NCBI GenBank assembly: GCA_047495785.1
Contig: JBLDXI010000060.1
Coordinates: 124,001-188,000, forward strand
From: Lepidodermella squamata
Lineage: Eukaryota; Animalia; Gastrotricha
DNA length: 64,000 nt
Reading direction: 5' to 3'
A program made the position numbers and the translations under genes. Numbering within the stretch: the stretch's first letter is position 1; the number at the start of each line of letters is the position of its first letter. Shown here piece after piece: positions 38,333 to 50,388 of this stretch. The notes under the pieces were generated by a model, which worked only from the letters and a program-made list of their open reading frames with translations, did not search any database and had not been told where the DNA came from.

Positions 38333-38518
38333 TAAGATCTCGTATTATTGGGTTATATTAATCTTGAGAGCTCTGAATGTGCTAACAAATACTAGTGCTA
38401 TTTTAACTTCATCTTTCATGGCAACGAATAAGGCTCAGCTAGCTTGAGTATCGCAGACTAACAACTAAAATGAGGCATGAGATCATTGTTTAGAGTTGAT
38501 CGCTTTTTCCCATCGCAG

Positions 38519-38901
38519 AAACTGTGTCGTGCTGGACGGATCCTGAGACTGCCAGTAACGAGACGGAGGACTTTTTCTGCAGGTTATGTGCTAGGGTCGC
38601 CGTAACGTCAGAGAACAATGGATCGTTCAAGCAGTTTTACGGCTGCGCCTCAGATCTTGTAGGTATTCCAGACGATGCAGACGATGCAGTGAAATCAGTC
38701 TCAGAAATGCTCGTTTCTCTTTACTTTTTCAAACCGCCGATAAGCGCATTTTTCAGCTACAGCCACGCCGGATACCGATATGAAGGTCACCTGTGCAGTA
38801 CCGAATATTGCAACGCCCCTGGAAGCTCAGCTGCAGTGCTCGACCAGTCTGCTTTACCGCTATTTCTCCCTGCAATTATTCTGTTGCTGTTGTTGTTATG
38901 A
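38519..38901 (+). CDS. Degenerate Ly6 domain exon with GPI-type tail
   Basis: VSCW...FCRLC...GC...LCSTEYCN + LPAIILLLLLL; only 6 Cys, no clear signal exon of its own. Confidence 0.55.
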
Positions 38902-38983
38902 TCACTGTAATGATTGCGAAGTGGATTGAAGAGTAAAGTGAGAAAGTGACTTCTTTCATTTATTTTCTAGGGAAATTTATTGA

Positions 38984-39432
38984 ATGGATTCGAAATTTGT
39001 TGTTATCTTGCTAATCGCTATTTTGAACTCCGTTGAGGTTTGGTCGGGAGGCAGTGAAACCAAATCTGGTATATATTCGCAATTAATTTGTTTTTCGACC
39101 CGTGTTTAATCACCTCATCTTCAGGTCCTGTCACTTGCTGGGAAGGCATCAACGGTCTTTACAGGAAACTCAACTGCTCAGGCATTTGTGGAAGGATAAC
39201 TGTGTCTGCGGATGCTCGTATTGCCGTTCATACGAGGTTCTGTGAGAGTGGCGTGGAAACTACTAAGCCGTTAACGAACTGGATATTTAGCGACCAGCAC
39301 GGGCGAAAGTTTCAAAGAAGCGTCTGTCGCAATCGCAACCTGTGCAACGAGGCGGCTACCCGTGCCACCGGAAGATCAATCGCTTGGATTGCTTGTGTGT
39401 TAATGCCATTTGTGATTTCAGCAATGTTGTGA
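38984..39432 (+). CDS. Ly6/three-finger protein (exons 38984-39068, 39125-39432)
   Basis: Signal exon, VTCWEG..CSGIC..FC..VCRNRNLCN, hydrophobic tail; 6-Cys variant. Confidence 0.8.
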
Positions 39433-40371
39433 GAATTTCGGAAGTAAATGAGAGAGATGAGAATGGAAAACCAATGTCATTCCACGTATTTTCATAAATG
39501 TTTATTTGTCTCACCTGGAAAGTTATATAAGCTATGGATGTTAGGAATCCCAGAAAAGCAAAAGTATACGGACAGGCGATCTTCCACAACAACAACCTCG
39601 CTAGTGCGATGTGCGATTCATCCTCGTTAATTTTCCGTTTCCTTGTTTCCTTGTTTTGCCGATGAACATCCGCTAAAAAATGACACTTTTTCTATAATAA
39701 GCCTTGCATTTAAACTTATAGCCTTAGCTGGATGAAGGGTGATACCCACGGCCAACCCGAAAATGTTGAGGTCTTTCAGAAAGTGCAACATGCTTAAGCA
39801 AACCTTTGGGATTATTCGTGTCACTCGAAGGACACGAATATGACTAGCGCTACCCCGCGGAGAGCGAAGTACTGCGAGGAATGTTAGGGATCATCTCTAA
39901 CAGTTCGCTCAGTCGATCCGCACAGTGTATACAGCCAAACGGGACCCTTATTACGAAAAAGTCCTAATTCTTACCATTTTTATACTTAGCTCTCTGCTAT
40001 CCACCCGCGAGCATTTTCGATGAAGAAAAACGCTGATTATCGCGTTCTTTTCGTCCACATTTTTCATCGGCTGATAGCAATATGCCCGCTACTGGCGTCC
40101 AGGTTCACCTTTCACCTGGAAACAATCCTTGGCATCACTTTCAGCGCTGATGATTAGATCGTAATTGGAAAATAGCCAAATGGTTGGCAATTAGAAAACT
40201 GGTTCATTTGGCTATCGATAATTTCTTGACATATGGCTTGAATACTTGTAAATTCGCCCGATAAGCCACGGCGACAGGTGTAAAACGCCGATTAACCTCA
40301 AAGCCTCTGTATTTTGTTTGTCGACAAGGTGTTTTTTGCTGCTTAGTTAGTCACGAGGATCACAACTCAAC

Positions 40372-40784
40372 ATGAGACGAGACATGTTGATTTCCATGCT
40401 TATTTTCAGTTTAGTTTCATCCGCAGGTAAAAAGGTGTTTTCTTAGTTCAGAAAAATCGTTCATTTCTTATGTATACAGCTACCCTGAAATGTTACGAGG
40501 GCTCCAGTAGAGATGGCACGGGTGCATTTCAAATATTGAGTGGTTGCTATTGGTGTACAAAAACGGCTTGGGATGCTATGGGCAGTAAATTTGTTACAAA
40601 AAAATGCTTCACCAACACTAATCCAGTTGGAATGACCAATGGATGTTATAAGAACAAAGAGTTCGGTATCAGTGTCGAAATTTGCAATTGCAACAACGTC
40701 GATCTGTGCAATAGCTCTGCAACAACAACCATCAGTTGGACAACAATTGCTTCGCTGCTACTCGCAATTTTCAACACCATTTAA
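40372..40784 (+). CDS. Ly6/three-finger protein (exons 40372-40426, 40480-40784)
   Basis: LKCY..GCYWC..KC..GC..CNCNNVDLCN + GPI-type tail. Confidence 0.9.
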
Positions 40785-41017
40785 AATAAATTTTTCATTT
40801 GATTAAATGGCTTCAATAATCTTATGCTTATCTTCTGCAACTAACAGTTGCGACGGGTAGCGCGAGAATAAATCCTAAAAATATCGAAGAAACGGGCATT
40901 GCTTTTTTCAGCTGGTTCCAAACTTCATTTGATTTTAATTTACAAAAAATCTGAGATTCCAAGGTATAGCGATGTTAGCCTGGACCCTATCCTAATGAGA
41001 TGTTGTGAAACTCGTTA

Positions 41018-41365
41018 CATTGTGGAACCACTGGTAAGTTGAACCTTCAAGTTGGCGCGCACGCTGATTGGTCAATTTATTATTCTGCTAATGACTCCGG
41101 AATGAAACATCTCCGTCGTGCGATCCACTAATAAATTATTTTATATTTATGAAATAAATGACCTTGCCACACCCTCTGCCCGGTTTCCATTGACCACGAG
41201 CGTAAACTCCATATTAATTGTGGTAAATTGCTGCGGCAAAAAAACACTTGTTGCAAAAAATCTTATGGATCGCACGACAGAACGTTTCATCCGGGAGTCA
41301 TAGCAACGATCGATTGACCAATCAGCGTGCGCATTGGATTGGACTTTTAAGTGGTCACACAATGT
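41018..41365. mobile_element. Old, degenerate inverted-repeat element (MITE-like)
   Basis: gcgcacgctgattggtcaat (~41057) / attgaccaatcagcgtgcgc (~41313), plus imperfect flanking arms. Confidence 0.6.
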
Positions 41366-41614
41366 TAGGAAACACCGCTTTCCAAATTAGCCCTGGAAAA
41401 TTGCCAAGACTGACGAAATTCCCTCCAAACTCTAAAATGTCGATAAAATACGTCAAAATAAACAAAAATAAATAATTGCTTTGTTTGATAACTTGTTGCC
41501 GCACATCGGCTAATTGTCTTACGCACCTAAAAACTCCTTCAAATATTGATCAGTTGGGGATTTTCATGAACTGAATTGCGGACTGTGTTCGACAAGCAGA
41601 GAAAAATAGTGAAA

Positions 41615-42884
41615 ATGGACATTTCTGGTCTAAAATTATGGTCAGTAATCGTGGTGTTCAGTTTAGCTTCATCGGAAGGAGGCGACGTAGCCGAGACGCC
41701 GAAATTCGTGGCAATCGAATATGAGCTTAGCGAATTTATTGCCAGTAGGTGCCCCTTCAGATCGAAAGCGAGACCTGTCGCAAACCACTCAGAGGCTGTG
41801 ACGATTTATATCAGCATGGACGGCTTCAGCCTTCGTGAAATCAGCGATAAAGGAATGACGTGAGTTATTTTTTCATTTAAGGCTCATTTTATGTGCTTAT
41901 TTTAAGATTCACGATACTCGCCGGCATTTTCGTGCGATGGAAACATCCTTGCATCTCATGGACGGACGCGGTTCAATGGAAAGATGTTAGGAGCTTTGAG
42001 GAATCAAGTGACAATGTCTGGGTGCCGACTGTCTACCATCTGAATGGGGCTAATTCGATTTCGTTAAAAAGGTACGAAATCCTCAAAAATAAGGAATATT
42101 TGATGAATCTTGAAATTTGCTCAATCACAGCTACAGCGAGGGCACAGGCCTTTTCATATCTATGGACGGGTATATAACGTGGACGATCACAGCCAGCTTG
42201 CAGAGCCTATGCAGGTTGAAATTTTCTAAATTCCCCTTCGACAGCCACGTTTGCACAATCGATCTGGAATTGTTCTACGCTGCAGCGCTGGTTAACATCT
42301 CTGATGAAACTGAAATTCGAATCGACAAAAGTACATTCACGAATCCGTCGGATATTTGGGATTTCATTAACGCCAGTGCTGAAGTAGAGAACCACTACTA
42401 CCCAAACGACCCTGATCTCTACCGCGTAGCTGTATTTTCTCTTAAATTCAATCGCCGTTATCTGCCTTATGTTTTCTCCATATTTTTCCCGTCATTATGC
42501 CTCGCTATTCTGCAGCTGTTTGCCGGGGTCATCCCGCCAAAAGAACCTGATCGCCCTGTTTACGGCATCACAGTTCTTTTAGCTTTCGGAGTTCTGCAAT
42601 CTCTTGTCAGTGATATCGTGCCCGTTTCATCTGAAACACCTCTAATCGTGTTTTATATCAATTTTCAACTTTTCATCGGTCTGGTGTGTTGCATTTACAC
42701 TCTGATCACCTGCTCTTTCAGCCGGTTGAAGTATTTCAGAACCGTACTGAAGCAATTAGTTATTGGTCGTTTAACTCTGAAAATTACTCGAATGAGATAC
42801 ATCGATATTTGGTTCTTTGCATTGAGTACACTAACGACGATAATTGTTGACATAATAATTCTTTATCTAATGATTTTAGGATAA
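41615..42884 (+). CDS. Cys-loop channel subunit; copy 11 (exons 41615-41859, ~41907-42071, 42131-42884)
   Basis: Uninterrupted Cys-loop C-RLKFSKFPFDSHV-C, WKHPC, four TM helices. Confidence 0.92.
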
Positions 42885-43050
42885 ATAAATGAATGGCGCA
42901 TATGCATTGAATAGGCAGGTATTCAACTTCATTTTCAGCGCACATTTCCTTTCAAAAGAGCGTGAATGGTGGCGAAGTCTGCGACGAAAACCTTCAGTAC
43001 AAATAATTCTCATTTACACTTTGATATTCTAGATTCAGCTATCAGCTGCA

Positions 43051-44366
43051 ATGGCTGGGAGTGAGACTGCTCGAAGTCTGACGCATCCCATGCTATGCAA
43101 TGACTGTTTTATGTCTTTCAAGACCTACGCACAACTCCGGCTCCATCAGGATCGCCTTTGTCCCGGTAATCTGAAGCCTCGAATTCGGCCGCCAACTCCG
43201 CCCAGTTTATCTTATGAAGAAAGCTTCAAATACCACACGCAGTTCAAGAAATTTGTCCCACCTCCGAGTGATACATTGCCTTCAGTTAACTTGAACCGAT
43301 TCCTAGGAATGCGTGACAAAGAAATCGAAGATTTGACCCAGCTCCACGAGGTAACATTTTCACCTTTCAACAAAACTCAAATTGAAATAATTTGAAGGTT
43401 CGGCGCGCTGAAATGCGAGATCGCGGCATTGAGTTGGCTGAGGCCAAAATGAAAGTCCTCAACGACATGGATAAATTTGGAATCCTCGATCCTATAGCGA
43501 AAGCTAAACTTGAAATCGCTAGAACTAACGGAGAAGAAGAAGCTTTCCTTCACCAGTCGCTGCCGAGACGAGTTCGGCCGCCTGGGACACCCCCGCCTAG
43601 CAAAGTTGTATCAGCTTCTCATTCACCCGGTTTACCGAAAATCAGCCCCTACGTCGACCCGACTCAAGTTTTGCTGACTAGGGAAATGTTAGAGACCGAA
43701 GCTGTGCAGCAAAAACAGATTAACGACCTGCGTAAGTTGCTGCAAGCAGTTGATCGAGGGCAGCGGCCTTTCAGACCTCCAACCCCCGGAGTGATCCCTG
43801 CCGTGTGGTTACCACCTCCCATGACCAAAAATGACCTCGTTGAGCACGAAGAGCTGACATCGCACTACCGAGTGAATGCTGGTCGAGATATCAATGTCTA
43901 CAGGTCACCTTTATCACCAACATTTCCGCCGAGTAATATGGAAGAGTTTTTACAAAATGACGGAAATCTGCCCTTCTGGTACTTGAGCCATGACAATAAT
44001 GAAATCCTTGTCGATCAAATCCGGTCTCTGAAGCAATCTTACGTCCACTGCAATGGATCTACCCTAGACGTGCTTCGTGAATTCGCAGCCCTTGAAAAAC
44101 TAGCAGCGGACACGGCGTTGAAAGATTACCACGATAAGCTGACGAAAGAAGCTAATGCTGAAAAGAAACGCAGTGAGAAAAGAAAGCGGAAGCGGCATCT
44201 CGTTAAGCCGATAGTGAAGAACCAATCTGGTGGGAAAGAGAGCGGATATCACGTGACGTTTCTACTGCCGAAAGCTACGAATGAGCTGACGAAGAAAAAA
44301 CTAGCCCTGGCCTATCAGAACAAAGAGCTATCGCAATTTTTGTCTGACAGTAACAAACATGATTGA
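43051..44366 (+). CDS. CCDC17-like protein: N-terminal zinc finger, Pro-rich and coiled-coil regions (exons 43051-43350, 43398-44366)
   Basis: CNDCFMSFKTYAQLRLHQDRLC and DQIRSLKQSYVHCNGSTLDVL resemble CCDC17 motifs as I recall them; may be 3'-incomplete. Confidence 0.55.
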
Positions 44367-44638
44367 GAGAATAATAAGATAATCAAGTGCCTGAATTATG
44401 AAAATTTTGCTAATCCACGCTACGACTTATTTTATATTTTTGTATTGAGTGGTAATAGTACTGGTAGTACAAGAAATATGAAAATGAAAATGATTTTATT
44501 GTTTCACTTCCCCGTGACTGAGCGTCTATACCCTTTCGAGTTTTGAGGAAGGCGAAGGCAAGGCAAATCAAAAGAATCTGTCACCCGCCCCCACGTCCGA
44601 GAGTCTAGAGAAATCTCTTGGTTTTTGAGGGCAACATA

Positions 44639-45406
44639 CCGTATTTCTCGAAAATATACGACACACCTGTATATATCCCCGCTCCCTAATACAACCCGAC
44701 GAAAAAATCGTTTGTTCATATTTAACCCAGGCCTCGAAATTGTACCACAGCTATTTTAATTTGGGCGAAGCATGCGTTGGAACAAAAGAAAAGCCTTATT
44801 AATGACGCATTATCGTAATCAGTGATTAGCTATCGCGTAAGCAGCTTCGCAACGTCTGATCTTGGCACCATTCATAAGCCAGCAGAAAATGCCCATTCAG
44901 CATTCACTAGCTGAGACACAGAGTTTTATTTTAACATTTTCATATCCTTCTTAATCGTTTTAACCTTCTGGAATCGATGATGGCTGGCTCTCCTGATCGT
45001 CTTCAAGATTCCGTCCAGGTGTCCGAAGAAGACAAGCGAAAGCGGCACCGCAAGTATTCCCTCGCATACAAAATTCGCGTGGCTGATCATGCAAAAGCAA
45101 TCTCAGCAAACGATGCCTCGAGAGTCTTCAAGGTCGATCGTCGATGCGTCAAGGAATGGCTACAACATCACCAACAGCTGCTGATTCTACAGTTCGCTGG
45201 CATGGAAAAGCGTCATCGTCTCCTTTTCACTGAATCGACAAATAAAACAATCTAAAAACGTCGTCTTAATACGAATTGCTCGCGGCTTTTTGTGATGATT
45301 CGCAATTAAACAGCACACCCGTATATATCCCCACTCCCTAATACAACCCGAATCAAAAATCATTTGTTCATAAATATAGCCCGCGGTAAATTTTCGAGAA
45401 ATACGG
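44639..45406 (+). mobile_element. Non-autonomous pogo/Tc2-type DNA transposon retaining the transposase N-terminus
   Basis: TIR CCGTATTTCTCGAAAAT, TA flanks, subterminal TATATCCCC(A/G)CTCCCTAATACAACCCGA at both ends. Confidence 0.9.
44977..45255 (+). CDS. Truncated transposase, Brinker-type DNA-binding domain
   Basis: RKYSLAYKIRVADHA...ASRVFKVDRRCVKEW, inside the TIR element. Confidence 0.75.
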   Translation: MMAGSPDRLQDSVQVSEEDKRKRHRKYSLAYKIRVADHAKAISANDASRVFKVDRRCVKEWLQHHQQLLILQFAGMEKRHRLLFTESTNKTI

Positions 45407-46010
45407 TAACTTGAAATTAAAAAAAAAATCCTTGGTGAAATGTTAACAAAACATGAGAGCGAAAAGCTAGGAATGTTTAGGAATTTGACAAGGAATTGAC
45501 ACAGAAAAACGACCTTTAACCTCTCAAAATGAAACATCACCTCTGTGTTTTCCCCAAAATTCATTTCCGAGTGTTGGTGTGAAAATGGTCCAATATGCCT
45601 TGTTTCTTAGCTCGGATCTATGTTTGTCGTTCTGTCATTTTGAGGTCTATTTGACGTAGGAAAGTAGGTGTAACTGTCCGCCTGCAAACAATGGTTACGG
45701 CTGAAACCAACCAATAACAGGTGCCGGTTTCGCTAATTCATGCAACACTCAGGGCAGGCGGAAAAAACGCGGTGAGCCTAGTTCTAGATGTTTGTGATAA
45801 TGAAGATGTATATTTAAACAATGAATAACAATGAACTACCGAATTGATAACGAGTATAATTGCAAAAAAATTTCTTATCAGTCCAGGCTCTGGCTACGCG
45901 TGAGTTCTCTAGCCGTTTCTCTCATGCGATAAGAACGAGACTTTAAAGAGACCAGCTTGATCGATGCAGCAGATATTCCACTTTTTTCACAGTTCCCCAA
46001 AGACAGAAAG

Positions 46011-46424
46011 ATGCGCACCTTCATTGCCTTAATTGTATTCGCCTCAGTCATCAGCTCTACATGTAACTTTTCAACGCTGAATAAATAGATAATTACTGAA
46101 TGCCTTCCTGCAGCCGCTCTCAGTTGCCACGTTGGACAAATTGTCAACGGAAAGGCCACATACGCCAGTAATGCGACAGGTTGCGCGTGGTGCGTCAAAG
46201 TGTTCTACGCCGACTTTGACGGCGACGAATTAACTCAGAAGCATTGCCTTCCAAAGAAACTTAGCAGAGGTGCTACTAACATGTGCCGGACTGTCACTGT
46301 TGCCGGGATTTCGGCGCGGCAATGCATGTGCAATGACCGTGGTTTTTGCAACAGTGCCCACCGCTCAGCTGCTATCTCGGCACTTGCCGTCACTTCCCTC
46401 GCAGCTGCCGTTTACGCTCTATAA
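46011..46424 (+). CDS. Ly6/three-finger protein, MRTFIAL subfamily
   Basis: Signal exon, LSCH..GCAWC..HC..MC..CMCNDRGFCN + tail. Confidence 0.9.
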
Positions 46425-46551
46425 GCCCAGAATAAGTATTATTCAGCCAATCTGATATCTGGTATTTCTGCTTGAATTGCAATTTGAACAATAAAAAATG
46501 GAATATCTTTCAATTTTCAGTTTTAACCAGCATGGCTGGTTAGTAGTATAG

Positions 46552-47019
46552 TTAGTGACATTTCAATATCAGACCTAGATGCAAGCTCTTGAACAAATTA
46601 AGCTCTTGAATCCAATGAGCGTAGAAACCAGCGACGCCCATTGCAACAGCTGTGATGAAGAAATGGCCGCCGGAGACTTTAAGCCCTGAGTTGCACAGAT
46701 CTTTAGAGTTGCATGAGCACGAGATGGTCTCGGTACTTCCAGCAGTCTTTGATTTGCAGCCTTCCCCCATATCGGCCGTGTTGCATGTTTTGACGATAGA
46801 TACTTCGCCGTCTGTTTTTGTCTTCACCTTACTGCAAGACTTGCAGTCTCCCAAGTGCAAGGGAGTGTCCGTTTCACTTGTTGTCCTACCAATATAACAC
46901 TCGATTCCAGCTATAAACCAAACTGTAATTAATTTTTTTGAAAACACATTATTTCTTAACTAACCGGCAAATGTAAATATGGCCGCAAAAACAGCTGCAT
47001 AGAGAACAAAGCGAGACAT
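46552..47019 (-). CDS. Ly6/three-finger protein, MSRFVLY subfamily, with stop-loss extension
   Basis: IECY..DCKSC..CSCNSKDLCNSGLK; FYAH-TGG where a paralog has FYAH-TGA. Confidence 0.88.
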
Positions 47020-47435
47020 AAGATTATGATAGTGGAAAATTGTTATTTCAGCGAAATAAAGAAGTGCCGAATATTGGCGGCATGTTTTTCACATTTTCCC
47101 ACAACTTACCTGCCCACTACATATTCCCACGTGCTTAAGGTAAGCTTATCAGCTGTTATCCATGTTAACAAGTTTAGGATTTGAAACTGTTCTTTTCCGC
47201 ATTTTATAACACTCGACAGAGGAGCGAGCAAATGGCTGGTGCCAGACATTGTCCTGGAATTTTCTGGTAATCCCGGGATCAAGGTCACGGTTGATTAACC
47301 TTGTTCCCCCCGAATTAAGGGTAGCGGTAAGAAAAGTTAATCCGTTAACTGTGAAACCATTTTTATTACATTTTACATGCTGTTATAAGCGCAAATCATA
47401 GGTCAGAAGGAGGAGTATCAATACTGAAGCTGGGT

Positions 47436-47844
47436 CTATAAAGCGATGAAGGTCGCTGCGAGGAACACAACAGCGAGTGCTGAGCTGGCGGTTCCTCGCC
47501 GGGCGCTGTTGCAGTAATCGCGGTCGTTGCACACGCACGTTTTTACCGGAATTTTGAAAACAGTGACTGTCGTGCACGTGTTAATAGCGCCGGGTGTGTT
47601 CGGCAAGCATGTTTTCTGAGTTATGCTGTGGCCGCTATTCTCGGTGTACGATTTACCACACCATGCGCAACCTGTTGCATTCTTGTACGTGCCCACTCCG
47701 TCCGTGACTGTTCCGACGTAGCATCGAAGAGCCGCTAGCCGCTGCAGGAATTCATTCAATTGTAATCAATCAATTGAAAAGGGAAAACTTACAGGAAACG
47801 GCGATCACAGTGGCGAATGCAAGCAAGGCTATGAAGGTGCGCAT
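47436..47844 (-). CDS. Ly6/three-finger protein, MRTFIAL subfamily
   Basis: LRCY..GCAWC..CVCNDRDYCN + tail. Confidence 0.9.
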
Positions 47845-48450
47845 TTTGTTTTCGGTTGGTAATTTTTCAACGAAGTTGGAAAACTGGAGTATTTGATGAT
47901 ACACTGACCGAGGGCCGAGCTTGTCCTTTAAATCTTAACTCTTATCGCATGCGATAATGAGCCCGGACAGAGATAAGAGTGCTGTAATGCTCTAATTATA
48001 ACTTTTGTGATGACTAGATGCTTATTCATCGCCTAATTATCACATGGACCACCGCTAATACCGTACACCGGACTTTCCGTTTTTCTATGAATGTAGCATG
48101 AATATGAAACAACAGCACTTGCTATTGGTCGGTTTGATGCTCAGTCAAATTGTCTGATATTCGGGCGATCGCGCCTAACCTCCTACGCTTGCAAATGGAT
48201 TGTGTCGAAAAGTGAATATGTTGATAGTTAGTATCACGACGATTGATACCAATGACTTTCTTGTCAACAACCAGCAGGGTTTTTTCTGAAACCGCCGACA
48301 TCAACTTCTTCAAAAGCTCACTACATATTGTATCTAGCATCCGCATTGGGTCGAAGATCACCAAAAAGTCTTTAATCACATTTCATTTTACATCGTCTTC
48401 ATTCATCATTCCGTTCGTTAACAGATCAGAAAAAAGGGGAAAACGAAGTT

Positions 48451-48819
48451 ATGGATTATGGACGATCGGCGATCAAGTGCTACATTGGGACTACAGAAGA
48501 CGGGGTAGGTACATTCAGCACTACGGAAGGTTGTAAATGGTGCGCAAAGGCGGTGACTCAAGTCAACGGCACTGACTACGTAAACAAACAGTACCAGTCG
48601 ACTGACCGACCGGCAAGCGAAAACGGCGCCATCCTTAACGGTATGTCGATGTTGGCATGCTTTTGTGACGATTTGCTTGACGATTTGTGTAACTCGGCTT
48701 CATATCCTGTGATTAAATCTGGCCATATCTCAGTGGCTTTGGGCGCTGTTTTATACGCCATTATGTGGAGTAAGCATGTCCGGATGTTTTCCCTAACTAT
48801 CATTACTCCTGACGAATAA
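48451..48819 (+). pseudogene. Degenerate Ly6 gene
   Basis: IKCY..GCKWC..CFCDDLLDDLCN; two central Cys lost, no signal exon or acceptor found. Confidence 0.6.
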
Positions 48820-49055
48820 ATAAAAATTGAGGCTGATACAAAGTCAAAGTTGCCTTTTCTGAATTTCTGAACCCTCCTAAATTAAGGATAGTATCTATTG
48901 CCGTCCGTCTTTGAGACACAATTATTTTCAGAATTGAAAGAGCTGACAGCAGAGAAAAGCATATACCGAGGTTGAATACTCTATAAGCGCATTCTTATCT
49001 TAGTTTTCTGTTATCTACCCAAGTAGGTCCTATAATGCTCGTTATCACGAATAGA

Positions 49056-49488
49056 ATGTTCACGTTTGCGTTAATGGCAATACTTAGGGAGATCGCATTG
49101 ACCTTATTGCTAGTCACAGGATCAGGTTAGTTGCCCATGTAGTTCATTACCCAAATTTATTACTTCATCTGCAGGGGCTATCAAGTGTTGGCAAGGTCTC
49201 GGCCCATACTACGAAACTGCAGGATGTGACTTGTGTTCGACGGCTAAGCTTAGCTACCTCTACGTCCGGTTTGTCCAGTTGAAATGCCTGGAACGTGATC
49301 CCAGCCTAAATGTTAGCAACACTTGCACTGATTTGCCGTTTTCAAATGCGAAAGGAAGCATTTGCTACTGTGATACAGGCGACTTCTGTAACCAAGCGAA
49401 CAACTTTATTTCATCGCATTTTTGCCTGATTTTATTGGCCTTATTAGCTATGATTTTAAATTCACGGTATGGCATCGCATTGCGCTAA
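49056..49488 (+). CDS. Ly6/three-finger protein (exons 49056-49125, 49175-49488)
   Basis: IKCWQG..GCDLC..KC..TC..CYCDTGDFCN + tail. Confidence 0.88.
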
Positions 49489-49665
49489 ATAAAAGACAGC
49501 TAGGCGACTTTCAAGTTGAGAGTTCTCAATATACGAAAGCCACGAGTGCAATGATATATTATAATAAATGCTGTACCTTCGCTTGCTATCTCTAGCCGAG
49601 TTTAACCACGGCGATAACGTAGTGAAATCGCTCATATTACAGTTTTGTCTCTAGCAAAAGCTAAA

Positions 49666-50087
49666 ATGGCCCGAGTTTTGCACTTGATTCTTACGTTGGC
49701 GTCATTCATCGCTATTTCAAGTAATTTAAGGGAATTTCATTATAATTTTCTGCAATTCAATCACTATCTTTAGATGCGTTGAAATGCTACGTTGGAATGA
49801 ACGGTGATTACAAAGAGAGCACCAGCTGCACAGATTGGTGCGCGAAGGCCATTGTCTCGGGCGAGGGTGCTGATTCGTTCACATCGAAGACTTGCATCAC
49901 GACGCAGGAGGCCGAGGATAACGGCATCACCCAATTGCCTGGCTGCCAGTTTCTTGACCTGGCCGGGGGCGTCAAGGTCGACGCTTGCTTCTGTAACACT
50001 GATCTTTGCAACAGCGCTGCAAAGACAGTATTCAACCTTGGTTTATGCCTTTCTCTGATAATCGCTACGTACATCGCTAGTTTTTGA
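49666..50087 (+). CDS. Ly6/three-finger protein
   Basis: MARVLHLILTLASFIAIS; LKCY..CTDWC..CFCNTDLCN + tail. Confidence 0.9.
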
Positions 50088-50257
50088 TCAATCATTCAAA
50101 TGTATTGTGCGTGCGAACAGTAAAATAAGAGAGGATCCATAGAAGCGATGCATAAAATCGCTGCATCTCAGTGCATGAAACAGGATGCTCGAACATTCGA
50201 ATTTTTGTTCTTCTGGGGAGATATCGAATCATGAATCATTTCCGTCATCTCTCTATA

Positions 50258-50353
50258 CCGTAGTTACCGAAATACAAGCCTGGGCGGCACTACAAAGAAC
50301 ATCAAAGTGCCGACAAAGGGGTGCCGCCTAGGCTTGTATTTCGGTAACTACGG
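50258..50353. mobile_element. 96-bp MITE
   Basis: ~33-bp TIR CCGTAGTTACCGAAATACAAGCCT(G/A)GGCGGCAC with TA flanks. Confidence 0.9.
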
Positions 50354-50388
50354 TATGTTTACCCTGAGAATTTTGAACCCAAGCAGAT

